DNA of 64,000 nt, from assembly GCF_009914755.1 (NCBI RefSeq), contig NC_060938.1; one strand, written 5' to 3'. The position numbers and the translations under genes are program-made. The notes beneath the pieces are model-generated. The model saw only the letters and a program-made list of their open reading frames with translations. It made no database searches and was not told the DNA's origin. How positions within the stretch are numbered: the first letter of the stretch is position 1; each line of letters opens with the position of its first letter. The DNA comes from the human T2T-CHM13v2.0 reference genome, Homo sapiens. This document shows positions 30,301-46,500 of the stretch, piece by piece.

Positions 30301-33300
30301 TGGAATGGAATGGAATGGATTAAATCCGGGTGGAGTGGAATGGAATGTAATGGAGTGGAATGGAATGGATTTTACTGGAATTGAATGGAATGGAATGGAA
30401 TGGAATGGAATGGAATGGAATGGTATAAACCCGAATGGAATGGAATGGAATCAACCCGAATGGAATGGAACGGAATGGAATGGAAAGAATGGAATGGAAT
30501 GGAATGGAATGGAATGGAATGGAATGGAATGGAGTGGAATGGAACGTAATGGAGAGGAATGGAATAAACACCAGGGGAATGAAATGGATTGGAATGAAAT
30601 GGAATGGAATGGAATGGAATGGAATGGAATGGAATGGAATGGAGTGAAATCAACCCGAGTGGAATGCAACGGAATGGAATGGAATGGAAAGGAATGAATG
30701 GAATGGAGTGGTGTGGAATCAACACAAGAGAAATGGAATGGAATGGAATGGAATGGAATGGAATGGAACGGAATGGAAAGGAACGGAATGGAATGAACCC
30801 GAATGGAATGGAATGGATTGGATTGGAATGGAATGGAATGGAATGGAATGAACCCGAATGGAATGGAATGGATTGGAATGGAATGGAATGGAATCAACCC
30901 GACCGGAAAGGAATGGAATGGAATGGAGTGGAATGGAATGAAATGGAATGGAATGGAATGGAATGGAATCAACACGAATGGAGTGGAACAGAATGGAATG
31001 GGATGGGATGGAATGGAATGGAATGGAAGTTAATCAACACCAATGGAATGGAACGGTGTGGAATGGAATGGAATGGAAAGGAATGGAATAAACCCGAATG
31101 GAATGGAATGAATTGGAATGGAATCAACCCGACTGGAATGATATGGAATGAAATGCAATGGGATGGAGTGGAATCAACCCGAGTGGAATGGAATGGAATG
31201 GAATGAAATGGAATGGATCGGAATGGAATCCAATGGAATCAACTGGAATGGAATGGAATGGAACGGAATGGAATGGAATGGAATAAATCAGGGTGGAATG
31301 GAATGGAATGTAATGGAGTGGAATGTAATGGAATTTAGTGGAATGGAATGGAATGGAATGGAATGGAATGGAAAGGAATGGAATGGAATGAAATGGATTG
31401 GATTAGAATGGAATCCAATGGAATCAACTGGAATGGAATGGAATGGAATGGAATGGAATGGAATAAATCCGGGCGGAGTGGAATGGAATGTAATGGAGTG
31501 GAATGGAATGGAATTTAGTGGAATGGAATGGAATGCAATGGAATGGAATGGAATGGAATGGAATGGAATGGAATGGAATCAACCCGAATGGAATGGAACG
31601 GAATGGAATGGAAAGGAATGGAATGGAATGGATTCAACCCGAATGGAATGGAACGGAATGGAATGGAAAGGAATGGAACGGAATGGAATGGAATCAACCC
31701 AAATGGGATGGCATGGAATGGAATTGAATGGAATGGAATGGAATGGAATGGAATCAACCCAAGTGCAATGGAAAGGAATGGAATGCAATGGAATCCACCC
31801 GAGTGGAATGGAATGGAATGGAATGGAATGGAAAGGAATGGAATGGAATGGAGTGGAATGGAAAGGAATGGAGTGGAATGGAATAAACACCAGGGGAATG
31901 AAATGGATTGGAATGAATTTGAATGGAATCGAATGGAATGGAATGAAATAAACCGAGTGGAATGGAACGGAATGGAATGGAATGGAATGGAAAGGAATGA
32001 ATGGAATGGAGTGGTGTGGAATCAACACGAGAGGAATGGAATGGTATGGAACGGAACGGAATGGAAAGGAATGGAATGGAATGAACCCGAATGGAATGGA
32101 ATGGATTGAATTGGAATGGAATGGAATCAACACGAGCAGAAAGGAATGGAATGGAATGGAGTGGAATGGAATGTAATGGAATGGAATTGAATGGAATATA
32201 ATGGAATCAACCCGAGAGGAAAGGAATGGAATGGAATTGAGTGGAATGTAATGTAATGTAAAGGAATGGAATGGAATCACCACGAATGGAATGGAACGGA
32301 ATGGAATGGGATGGGATGGAATGGAATGGAATGGAAGTTAATCAACACGAATGGAATGGAACGGAATGGAATGGAATGGAATGGAATGGAATGGAATGGA
32401 ATGGAATAGAATGGAATGGAATCACCACGAATGGAATGGAATGGAATGGAATGGGATGGGATGGAATGGAATGGAATGGAAGTTAATCAACACGAATGGA
32501 ATGGAACGGAATGGAATGGAATGGAATGGAATGGAATGGAATGGAATAGAATGGAATGGAATGGAATGGAATGGAATGGAATGGAGTGGAATGGAACGGG
32601 ATGGATTGGAATGGAATAAACACCAGGAGAATGAAATGGATTGGAATGAAATGTAATGGAATGGAATGCAATGGAATGAAATCAACCCGAGTGGAATGGA
32701 ACGGAATGGAATTGAATGGAAAGGAATGAATGGAATGGAATGCTGTGGAATCAACACGAGAGGAATGGAATGGAATGGAATGGAAAGCAACGGAATGGAA
32801 AGAAATGGAATGGAATGATCCCGAATGGAATGCAATGGATTGGAATGCAATGGAATGGAATCAACCCGAGCGGAAAGGAATGGAATGGAATGGAGTGGAA
32901 TGGAATGGAATGGAGTGGAATGGAATGGAATGGAATGGAATGGAATCAACACGAATATAATGGAACGGAATGGAATGGGATGGGATGGAATGGAATGGAA
33001 TGGAAGTTAATCAACACGAATGGAATGGAACGGAATGGAAAGGAATGGAATGGAATGAAATGGAAAGGAACGGAATGGAATCAACACGAGTGGAATGGAA
33101 TGGAATGGAATGGAATCAACCCGAGTGGAATGAAATGGAATGCAATGCAGTGGGATGGAGTGGAGTCAACCCGAGTGGAATGGAATGGAATTGAATGAAA
33201 TGGAATGGATCGGAATGGAATCCAATGGAATCTACTGGAATGGAATGGAATAGAATGGAATAAATTCGGGTGGAGTGGAATGGAATGTAATGGAGTGGAA

Positions 33301-36300
33301 TGGAATGGAATTTAGTGGAGTGGAATGGAATGGAATGGAATGGAAAGGAACGGAATGGAATCAACACGAGTGGAATGGAATGGAATGGAATGGAATGGAA
33401 TCAACCCCAGTTGAATTAACTGGAATGGAATGCAATGGGATGGAGGGGAATCAACCCGAGTGGAATGGAATGGAATGGAATGGGATGTAATGGAATGGAA
33501 TGGAATGGAATGGAATGGAATGAAATGGAATGGATCGGAATGGAATCCAATGGAATCAACTGGAATGGAATGGAATGGAATGGAATGGAACGGAATGGAA
33601 ACAACACGAATGGAATGGAACGGATTGTAATGGAAATGAATGGAATGGAATGGAATGGAATGGAATGGAATGGAATCAACCCAAGTGCAATGGAATGGAA
33701 TGGAATGCAATGGAATCCACCCGAGTGGAATGGAATGGAATGGAATGGAATGCAATGGAGTGGAATGGAACGGAATGGAGTGGAATGCAATAAACATCAG
33801 GGGAATGAAATTGATTGGAATGAAGTGGAATGGAATGGAATGGAATGGAATGAAATCAACCAGAGTGGAATGGAACGGAATGGAATGGAATGGAAAGGAA
33901 TGAATGGAAAGGAATGGTGTGGAATCAACACGAAAGGAATGGAATGGAATGGAATGGAACGGAACGGAATGGAAAGGAATGGAATGAAATGAACCCGAAT
34001 GGAATGGAATGGAATGGATTGGAATGGAATGGAATGGAATCAACCCGAGCGGAAAGGAACGGAATGGAATAGAGTGGAATGTAATGTAATGGAATGGAAT
34101 GGAATGGAATCAACACAAATGTAATGGAACGGAATGGAATGGGATAGGATGGAATGGTATGGAATGGAAGTTAATCAACACGAATGGAATGGAACGGAAT
34201 GGAATGGAATGGATTGGAAAGGAATGGAATGGAATGGAATCAACCCGAGCGGAAAGGAATGGAATGGAAAGGAATGGAATGGAATCAACCCGAATGGGAT
34301 GGCATGGAATGGAATGGAATGGAATGGAATGGAATGGAATGGAATCAACCCAAGTGCAATGGATGGAATGGAATGCAATGGAATACACCCGAGTGGAATG
34401 GAATGGAATGGAATGGACTGGTATGGAATGCAATGCAATGGAATTCAATGGAGTGGAATGGAACGGAATAGAGTGGAATTGAATAAACACCAGGGGAATG
34501 AAATGGATTGGAATGTAATGGAATGGAATGGAATGGAATGGAATGAAATCAACCTGAGTGGAATGGAACGGAATGGAATGGAATGGAAAGGAATGAATGG
34601 AATGGAATGGTGAGGAAACAACACGAGAGGAATGGAATGGAATGGAACGGAAAGGAATGGAAAGAAATGGAATGGAATGAACCCGAATGGAATGGAATGG
34701 ATTGGAATGGAATGGAATGGAATCAACCCGAGCGGAAAGGAATGGAATGCAATGGAGTGGAATGGAATGTAATGTAATGGAATGGAATGGAATGGAATGG
34801 AATCATCACGAATGGAATGGAACGGAATGGAATGGGATGGGATGGAATGTATTGGAATGGAAGTTAATCAACACGAATGGAATGGAATTGAAAGGAATGG
34901 AATGAAATGGAATGGAATGGAATGGAATGAAATGGAAAGGAACGGATTGGAATCAACAGGAGTGGAATGGAATGGAACGGAATGGAATCAACACGAGTGG
35001 AATGAAATGGAATGTAATGCAATGGGATGGAGTGGAATCAACCCGAGTGGAATGGAATGGAATGGAATGGAATGGAATGAAAAGGAATGGAATGGAATGG
35101 AATGGAATGGAATGGAATGGAATGGAATGTTATGGAATGGAATGGAATGGAATGGATTAAATCCGGGTGTAGTGGAATGGAATGGAATGGAATGGAATGG
35201 AATGGAATGGAATTTAGTGGAATGGAATGGAATGGAATGTAAAGGAATGGAATGGAATCAACCAGAATGGAATGGAACGGAATGGAATGGAAAGGAATGG
35301 AAAGGAATGGAATGGAATAGAATGGAATGGAATGGAATGGAATCAACCCGAATGGGATGGCATGAAATGGAACGGAATGCAATGGAATGGAATGGAATGG
35401 AATGGAATCTCCCTAAGTGCAATGGAATGGAATGGAATGCAATGGAATCCACCCGAGTGGAATGGAATGGAATAGAAAGAAATCAACCCTAATGGAATTG
35501 AACGGAATGGAATGGAAAGGAATGGAATGGAATGGAATGGAATGGAATGGAATCAACCCGAATGGGATGCCATGGAATGGAATGGAATGGAATGGAATGG
35601 AATGGAATGGAATGGAATGGAATGGAATGGAATCAACACGAGTGGAATGGAATGGAAAGGAATGGAATCAACACGAGTGGAATGAAATGGAATGTAATGC
35701 AATGGGATGGAGTGGAATCAACCCGAGCGGAATGGAATGGAATGCAGTGGAAAGGAATGAAATGGAATGGATCGGAATGGAATCCAATGGAATCAACTGG
35801 AATGGAATGGTATGGAAGGGAATGGAATGGAATGGAATGGAATGGAATAAATCCGGGTGGAGTGGAATGGAATGTAATGGAGTGGAATATAATGGAATTT
35901 ATTGAAATGGAATGGAATGGAATGGAATGGAACGGAATGGAATGGAATGAAATGGATTGGATCGGAATGGAATCCAATGGAATCAACTGGAATGGAATGG
36001 AATGGAATGGAATAAATCCGTGTGGAGTGGAATGGAATGTAATGGAGTGGAATGGAATGGAATGGAATGGAATGGAATGGAAAGGAATCAACCCGAATGG
36101 AATTGAACGGAATGGAATGGAAAGGAATGGAATGGAATGGAACGGAATGGAATCAACCCAAATGGGATGGCATGGAATGGAATGGAATGGAATGGAATGG
36201 AATGGAATCAACCCAAGTGCAATGGATGGAATGGAATGCAATGGAATCCACCCGAGTGGAATGGAATGGAATGGACTGGAATGGAATGGAATGCAATGGA

Positions 36301-39300
36301 ATTCAATGGAGTGGAATGGAACGGAATAGAGTGGAATTGAATAAACACCAGGGGAATGAAATGGATTGCAGTGAAATGGAATGGAATGGAATGAAATCAA
36401 AGCGAATGGAATGCAACGGATTGGAATGGAATGGAAAGGAATGAATGGAATGGAATGGTGAGGAATCAACACGAAAGGAATGGAATGGAATGGAACGGAA
36501 CGGAATAGAAAGAAATGGAATGGAATGAACCCGAATGGAATGGAATGGATTGGAATGGAATGGAATGGAATCAACCCGAGCGGAAAGGAATGGAATGCAA
36601 TGGAGTGGAATGGAATGGAATGGAATGGAATGGAATGGAATGGAATCATCACGAATGGAATGGAACGGAGTGGAATGGGATGGAATGGAATGGAATGGAA
36701 ATTAATCAACACGAATGGAATGGAATGGAAAGGAATGGAATGAAATGGAATGGAATGGTGTGGAATGGAATGGAATTGAATGGAATGGAATGAAATGGAA
36801 AGGAACGGAATGGAATCAACAGGAGTGGAATGGAATGGAAAGGAATGGAATCAACCCGAGTGGAATGAAATGGAATGTAATGCAATGGGATGGAGTGGAA
36901 TCAACCCGAGTGCAATGGAATGGAATGGAATGGAATGGAATGGAATGGAATGGAATGAAATGAAATGGAATGGATTGGAATGGAATCCAATGGAATCAAC
37001 TGGAATGGAATGGAATGGAATGGAATGGAATGGAATGGATTAAATCCGGGTGGAGTGGAATGGAATGTAATGGAGTGGAATGTAATGGAATTTAGTGGAA
37101 GGGAATGGAATGGAATGGAATGAAATGGATTGGAACGGAATGGAATCCAATGGAATCAACTGGAATGGAATGGAATGGAATGGAATGAAATGGAAAGGAA
37201 CGGAATGGAATCAACACGAGTGGAATGGGATGGAACGGAATGGAATCAACCCGAGTGGAATGGAATGGAATGGAATGGAAAGGAATGGAATGGAATAGAA
37301 TGGAATGGAATGGAATGGAATGGAATCAACCCGAATGGAATGGCATGGAATGGCATTGAATGGAATACAATGGAATGGAATGGAATGGAATGGAATGGAA
37401 TGGAATGGAATCCACCCAAGTGCAATGGAATGGAATGGAATGCAATGGAATCCACCCGAGTGTAATGGAATGGAATGGAATGGAATGGAATGGAATGGAA
37501 TGGAATGGAGTGGAATGGAACGGAATGGAGTGGAATACAATAAACACCAGGGGAATGAAATGGATTGGAATGAAGTGGAATGGAATGGAATGGAATGAAA
37601 TCAACCCGAGAGGAATGGAACGGAATGGAATGGAATGGAAAGGAATGAATGGAATGGAATGGTGTGGAATCAACACGAGGGGAATGGAATGGAATGGAAC
37701 GGAACGGAACAGAATGGAAAGGAATGGAATGGAATGAACCCGAATGGAATGGAATGGATTGGAATGGAATGGAATGGAATCAACCCGAGCGGAAAGGAAT
37801 GGAATGGAATGGAGTGGAATGTAATGGAATGGAATGGAATGGAATGGAATGGAATCAACACAAATGGAATGGAATGGAATGGAATGGGATAGGATGGAAT
37901 GGTATGGAATGGAAGTTAATCAACACGAATGGAATGGAACGGAATGGAATGGAATGGAATGGAAAGGAATGGAATGGAATGGAATGGAATTAAATGGAAA
38001 GGAACGGAATGGAATCAACACGAGTGGATTGGAAAGGAATGGAATGGAATCAACAACAGTGGAATGAACTGGAATGTAATGCAATGGGATGGAGTGGAAT
38101 CAACACGAGTGGAATGGAATGGAATGGAATGGAATGGAAAGGAATGGAATGGAATGAAATGGAATGGATTGGAGTGGAATCCAATGGAATCAACTGGAAT
38201 GGAATGGAATGGAATGGAATGGAATGGAATGGAATGCAATGGAATGGAATAAATCTGCGTGGAGTGGAATGGAATGAAACGGAGTGGAATGTAATGGAAT
38301 TTAGTGGAATGGAATGGAATGAAATGGAATGGAATGAAATGGATTGGATCGGAATGGAACCCAATGGAATCAACTGGAATGGAATGGAACGGAATTGAAT
38401 GGAATAAATCCGGGTGGAGTGGAATGGAATGTAATGGAGTGGAATGGAATGGAATTTAGTGCAATGGAATGGAATGGAATGGAATGGAATGAAATGGATT
38501 GGATCGGAATGGAATCCAATGGAATCAACTGGAATGGAATGGAATGGAATAAATCCGGGTGGAGTGGAATGGAATGTAATGGAGTGGAAAGGAATGGAAT
38601 TTAATGGAATGGAATGGAAAGGAATGGAATGAAATGGAATGGAATGGAATCAACCCGAATGGGATGGCATGGAATGAAATTGAATGGAATGGAATGGAAT
38701 GGAATGGAATCAACACGAATGGAATGGAACGGAATGGAAAGCAATGGAATGGAATGGAATGGAAAGGAATGGAATGGAATGGAAGGGAATCAACCCGAAT
38801 GGGATGGCATGGAATGGAATTGAATGGAATGGAATGGAATGGAATGGAATGGAATGGAATGGAATCCACCCAAGTGCAATGGAATGGAATGGAATGCAAT
38901 GGAATCCACCCGAGTGGAATGGAATGGAATGGAACGGAATGGAATGGAATGGAATGGAGTGCAATGGAACGGAATGGAGTGGAATGGAATAAACACCAGG
39001 GAATGAAATGGATTGGAATGAAATGGAATGGAATGGAATGAAATCAACCAGAGTGGAATGCAACAGAATGGAATTGAATGGAAAGGAATGAATGGAATGG
39101 AATGGGGTGGAATCAACACGAGAGGAATGGAATGGAATGGAATGGAAAGGAACGGAATGGAAAGCAATGGAAAGGAGTGAACCCGAATGGAATGGAATGG
39201 ATCGGAATGGAATGGAATGGAATCAACCCGAGCGGAAAGGAATGGAATGCAATGGAGTGGAATGAAATGTAATGGAATGGAATGGAATGGAATAGAATCA

Positions 39301-42300
39301 ACACGAATGGAATGGAATGGAATGGAATTGGATGGGATGGAATGGAATGGAATGGAAGTTAATCAACACGAATGGAATGGATCGGAATGTAATCGAATGA
39401 AATGGAATGGAATGGAATGAAATGGAAAGGAACGGAATAGAATCAACACGAGTGGAATGGAATGGAACGGAATGGAATCAACCCGAGTGGAAAGAAATGG
39501 AATGTAATGCAATGGGATGGAGTGGAATCAACCCGAGTGGAATGGAAAGGAATGGAATGGAATGGAATGGAATGGAATGGATTGGAATGGAATCCAATGG
39601 AATCAACTGGAATGGAATGGAATGGAATGGAATGGAATGGAATGGAATGGAATGGAATAAATCCGGGTGGAGTGGAATGGAATGTAATGGAGTGGAATAT
39701 AATGGAATTTAGTGGAATGGAATGGAATGGATTGGAATGGAATGAAATGGATTGGATCGGAATGGAATGGAATGGAATCAACTGGAATGGAATGGAATGG
39801 AATGGAATGGAATAAATCCGGATTGAGTGGAATGGAATGTAATGGAGTAGAATGTAATGGAATTTAGTGGAATGGAATGGAATGGAAAGGAATCAACCCG
39901 AATGGAATGGAAAAGAATCGAATGGAAATAAATGGAATGGAATGGAAATAAATTGAATGGAATGGAATGGAATCAACCCAAGTGCAATGGAATGGAATGG
40001 AATGCAATGGAGCCACCCGAGTGGAATTGAATGGAATGGAATGGAATGGAATAAATCCGGGTGGAGTGGAATGGAATGGAATGGAGTGGAATGTAATGGA
40101 ATTTAGTGGAATGGAATGGAATGGAATGGAATGGAGTGGAATATAATGGAATTTAGTGGAATGGAATGGAATGGACTGGAATGAAATGGATTGGAATGGA
40201 ATGGAATGGAATCAACCAGAATGGAATGGAACGGAATGGAATGGAATGGAATGGAATGGAATGGAATAGAATGGAATGGAATCAACACGAATGACGTGGC
40301 ATAGAATGGAATGGAATGGAATGGAATGGAATGGAATGGAATGGAATGGAATCAACCCGAATGGAATGGAACGAAATGGAAGGGAAATGAATGGAATGGA
40401 ATGGAATGGAATTGAATGGAATGGAATCAAACCGAGCGGAAAGGAATGGAATGGAATGGAATGGAATGAAATGGAAAGGAATGGAATGGAATCAACACGA
40501 GTGGAATGCAACGGAACGGAATGGAATCAACCCGAGTGGAATGAAATGGAATGCAATGCAATGGGATGGAGTGGAATCAACCCGAGTGGAATGGAATGGA
40601 ATGGAATGGAACGAAATGGAATGGATCGGAATGGAATCCAATGGAATCAACTGGAATGGAATGGAATGGAATAGAATGGAATGGAATGGAATGGAATGGA
40701 ATGGAATGAAGTAAATCCGGGTGGAGTGGATTGGAATGTAATGGAGTGTAATGTAATGGGATTTAGTGGAATGGAATGGAATGGAATGGAATGGAATGAA
40801 ATGGATTGGATCGGAATGGAATCCATTGGAATCAACTGGAATGGAATGGAATGGATTAAATCCGGGTGGAGTGGAATGGAATGTAATGGAGTGGAATGGA
40901 ATGGATTTTACTGGAATGGAATGGAATGGAATGGAATGGAATGGTATAAACCCGAATGGAATGGAACGGAATCAACCCGAATGGAATGGAACGGAATGGA
41001 ATGGAAAGGAATGGAATGGAATGGAATGGAATGGAATGGAATGGAATGGAATCAACCCAAGTGCAATGGAATGGAATGCAATGCAATGGAATACACCCGA
41101 GTGGAATGGAATGGAATGGAATGGAATGGAATGGAATGGAATGGAATGGAGTGGAATGGAACGTAATGGAGAGGAATGGAATAAACACCAGGGGAATGAA
41201 ATGGATTGGAATGAAACGGAATGGAATGGAATGGAATGGAATGGAATGGAATGGAGTGAAATCAACCCGAGTGGAATGCAACGGAATGGAATGGAATGGA
41301 AAGGAATGAATGGAATGGAGTGATGTGGAATCAACACAAGAGAAATGGAATGGAATGGAATGGAATGGAATGGAATGGAATGGAATGGAATGGAATGGAA
41401 CGGAATGGAAAGGAACGGAATGGAATGAACCCGAATGGAATGGAATGGATTGGAATGGAATGGAATGGAATGGAATGGAATGAATCCGAATGGAATGGAA
41501 TGGATTGGAATGGAATGGAATGGAATCAACCCGACCGGAAAGGAATGGAATGGAATGGAGTGGAATGGAATGAAATGGAATGGAATGGAATGGAATGGAA
41601 TCAACACGAATGGAGTGGAACAGAATGGAATGGGATGGGATGGAATGGAATGGAATGGAAGTTAATCAACACCAATGGAATGGAACGGTGTGGAATGGAA
41701 TGGAATGGAAAGGAATGGAATAAACCCGAATGGAATGGAATGAATTGGAATGGAATCAACCCGACTGGAATGATATGGAATGAAATGCAATGGGATGGAG
41801 TGGAATCAACCCGAGTGGAATGGAATGGAATGGAATGAAATGGAATGGATCGGAATGGAATCCAATGGAATCAACTGGAATGGAAAGGAATGGAACGGAA
41901 TGGAATGGAATGGAATAAATCAGGGTGGAATGGAATGGAATGTAATGGAGTGGAATGTAATGGAATTTAGTGGAATGGAAGGGAATGGAATGGAATGGAA
42001 TGGAAAGGAATGGAATGGAATGAAATGGATTGGATTGGAATGGAATCCAATGGAATCAACTGGAATGGAATGGAATGGAATGGAATGGAATGGAATGGAA
42101 TAAATCCGGGTGGATTGGAATGGAATGTAATGGAGTGGAATGGAATGGAATTTAGTGGAATGGAATGGAATGGAATGCAATGGAATGGAATGGAATGGAA
42201 TGGAATGGAATGGAATGGAATGGAATCAACCCGAATGGAATGGAACGGAATGGAATGGAAAGGAATGGAATGGAATGGATTCAACCCCAATGGAATGGAA

Positions 42301-43530
42301 CGGAATGGAATGGAAAGGAATGGAACGGAATGGAATGGAATCAACCCAAATGGGATGGCATGGAATGGAATTGAATGGAATGGAATGGAATGGAATGGAA
42401 TCAACCCAAGTGCAATGGAAAGGAATGGAATGCAATGGAATCCACCCGAGTGGAATGGAATGGAATGGAATGGAATGGAATGGAATGGAATGGAATGGAG
42501 TGGAATGGAAAGGAATGGAGTGGAATGGAATAAACACCAGGGGAATGAAATGGATTGGAATGAATTTGAATGGAATCGAATGGAATGGAATGAAATAAAC
42601 CGAGTGGAATGGAACGGAATGGAATGGAATGGAATGGAAAGGAATGAATGGAATGGAGTGGTGTGGAATCAACACGAGAGGAATGGAATGGTATGGAACG
42701 GAACGGAATGGAAAGGAATGGAATGGAATGAACCCGAATGGAATGGAATGGATTGAATTGGAATGGAATGGAATCAACACGAGCAGAAAGGAATGGAATG
42801 GAATGGAGTGGAATGGAATGTAATGGAATGGAATTGAATGGAATATAATGGAATCAACCCGAGAGGAAAGGAATGGAATGGAATTGAGTGGAATGTAATG
42901 TAATGTAAAGGAATGGAATGGAATCACCACGAATGGAATGGAACGGAATGGAATGGGATGGGATGGAATGGAATGGAATGGAAGTTAATCAACACGAATG
43001 GAATGGAACGGAATGGAATGGAATGGAATGGAATGGCATGGAATGGAATGGAATGGAATAGAATGGAATGGAATCACCACGAATGGAATGGAATGGAATG
43101 GAATGGGATGGGATGGAATGGAATGGAATGGAAGTTAATCAACACGAATGGAATGGAACGGAATGGAATGGAATGGAATGGAATGGAATGGAATGGAATG
43201 GAATGGAATGGAGTGGAATGGAACGGGATGGATTGGAATGGAATAAACACCAGGAGAATGAAATGGATTGGAATGAAATGTAATGGAATGGAATGCAATG
43301 GAATGAAATCAACCCGAGTGGAATGGAACGGAATGGAATTGAATGGAAAGGAATGAATGGAATGGAATGCTGTGGAATCAACACGAGAGGAATGGAATGG
43401 AATGGAATGGAAAGCAACGGAATGGAAAGAAATGGAATGGAATGATCCCGAATGGAATGCAATGGATTGGAATGCAATGGAATGGAATCAACCCGAGCGG
43501 AAAGGAATGGAATGGAATGGAGTGGAATGG
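27331..43530 (+). repeat. Large tandem duplication copy 2 (A-K, D, E, F; ~16.2 kb)
   Basis: Collinear with 9495-27330 except for the extra D. Offsets after the extra D are 16212-16222 (ORFs 25084/41296, 27121/43343). Confidence 0.9.
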
Positions 43531-46500
43531 AATGGAATGGAATGGAATGGAATCAACACGAATATAATGGAACGGAATGGAATGGGATGGGATGGAATGG
43601 AATGGAATGGAAGTTAATCAACACGAATGGAATGGAACGGAATGGAAAGGAATGGATTGGAATGAAATGGAAAGGAACGGAATGGAATCAACACGAGTGG
43701 AATGGAATGGAATGGAATGGAATCAACCCGAGTGGAATGAAATGGAATGCAATGCAGTGGGATGGAGTGGAGTCAACCCGAGTGGAATGGAATGGAATTG
43801 AATGAAATGGAATGGATCGGAATGGAATCCAATGGAATCTACTGGAATGGAATGGAATAGAACGGAATAAATTCGGGTGGAGTGGAATGGAATGTAATGG
43901 AGTGGAATGGAATGGAATTTAGTGGAGTGGAATGGAATGGAATGGAATGGAAAGGAACGGAATGGAATCAACACGAGTGGAATGGAATGGAATGGAATGG
44001 AATGGAATCAACCCCAGTTGAATTAACTGGAATGGAATGCAATGGGATGGAGGGGAATCAACCCGAGTGGAATGGAATGGAATGGAATGGGATGTAATGG
44101 AATGGAATGGAATGGAATGGAATGGAATGGAATGAAATGGAATGGATCGGAATGGAATCCAATGGAATCAACTGGAATGGAATGGAATGGAATGGAACGG
44201 AATGGAAACAACACGAATGGAATGGAACGGATTGTAATGGAAATGAATGGAATGGAATGGAATGGAATGGAATGGAATCAACCCAAGTGCAATGGAATGG
44301 AATGGAATGCAATGGAATCCACCCGAGTGGAATGGAATGGAATGGAATGGAATGGAATGGAATGCAATGGAGTGGAATGGAACGGAATGGAGTGGAATGC
44401 AATAAACATCAGGGGAATGAAATTGATTGGAATGAAGTAGAATGGAAATGAATGGAAAGGAATGAAATCAACCCGAGTGGAATGGAACGGAATGGAATGG
44501 AATGGAAAGGAATGAATGGAAAGGAATGGTGTGGAATCAACACGAAAGGAATGGAATGGAATGGAATGGAACGGAACGGAATGGAAAGGAATGGAATGAA
44601 ATGAACCCGAATGGAATGGAATGGAATGGATTGGAATGGAATGGAATGGAATCAACCCGAGCGGAAAGGAACGGAATGGAATAGAGTGGAATGTAATGTA
44701 ATGGAATGGAATGGAATGGAATCAACACAAATGTAATGGAACGGAATGGAATGGGATAGGATGGAATGGTATGGAATGGAAGTTAATCAACACGAATGGA
44801 ATGGAACGGAATGGAATGGAATGGATTGGAAAGGAATGGAATGGAATGGAATCAACCCGAGCGGAAAGGAATGGAATGGAAAGGAATGGAATGGAATCAA
44901 CCCGAATGGGATGGCATGGAATGGAATTGAATGGAATGGAATGGAATGGAATGGAATGGAATGGAATGGAATGGAATGGAATGCAATGGAATGGAATCAA
45001 CCCAAGTGCAATGGATGGAATGGAATGCAATGGAATACACCCGAGTGGAATGGAATGGAATGGAATGGACTGGTATGGAATGCAATGCAATGGAATTCAA
45101 TGGAGTGGAATGGAACGGAATAGAGTGGAATTGAATAAACACCAGGGGAATGAAATGGATTGGAATGTAATGGAATGGAATGGAATGGAATGGAATGAAA
45201 TCAACCTGAGTGGAATGGAACGGAATGGAATGGAATGGAAAGGAATGAATGGAATGGAATGGTGAGGAAACAACACGAGAGGAATGGAATGGAATGGAAC
45301 GGAAAGGAATGGAAAGAAATGGAATGGAATGAACCCGAATGGAATGGAATGGATTGGAATGGAATGGAATGGAATCAACCCGAGCGGAAAGGAATGGAAT
45401 GCAATGGAGTGGAATGTAATGTAATGTAATGGAATGGAATGGAAGGGAATGGAATCATCACGAATGGAATGGAACGGAATGGAATGGGATGGGATGGAAT
45501 GTATTGGAATGGAAGTTAATCAACACGAATGGAATGGAATTGAAAGGAATGGAATGAAATGGAATGGAATGGAATGGAATGAAATGGAAAGGAACGGATT
45601 GGAATCAACAGGAGTGGAATGGAATGGAACGGAATGGAATCAACACGAGTGGAATGAAATGGAATGTAATGCAATGGGATGGAGTGGAATCAACCCGAGT
45701 GGAATGGAATGGAATGGAATGGAATGGAATGGAAAGGAATGGAATGGAATGGAATGGAATGGAATGGAATGGAATGGAATGGAATGATATGGAATGGAAT
45801 GGAATGGAATGGATTAAATCCGGGTGTAGTGGAATGGAATGGAATGGAATGGAATGGAATGGAATGGAATGGAATGGAATTTAGTGGAATGGAATGGAAT
45901 GGAATGTAAAGGAATGGAATGGAATCAACCAGAATGGAATGGAACGGAATGGAATGGAAAGGAATGGAAAGGAATGGAATGGAATAGAATGGAATGGAAT
46001 GGAATGGAATCAACCCGAATGGGATGGCATGAAATGGAACGGAATGCAATGGAATGGAATGGAATGGAATGGAATCTCCCTAAGTGCAATAGAATGGAAT
46101 GGAATGCAATGGAATCCACCCGAGTGGAATGGAATGGAATAGAAAGAAATCAACCCTAATGGAATTGAACGGAATGGAATGGAAAGGAATGGAATGGAAT
46201 GGAATGGAATGGAATGGAATGGAATGGAATGGAATCAACCCGAATGGGATGCCATGGAATGGAATTGAATGGAATGGAATGGAATGGAATGGAATGGAAT
46301 GGAATGGAATCAACACGAGTGGAATGGAATGGAAAGGAATGGAATCAACACGAGTGGAATGAAATGGAATGTAATGCAATGGGATGGAGTGGAATCAACC
46401 CGAGCGGAATGGAATGGAATGCAGTGGAAAGGAATGAAATGGAATGGATCGGAATGGAATCCAATGGAATCAACTGGAATGGAATGGTATGGAAGGGAAT

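Noticed and set aside
9495-45200. A regular 17.74 kb higher-order repeat period
   Set aside because: Only two copies exist and the offset changes to ~16.2 kb after the extra D. It is better described as a single duplication than a stable period.
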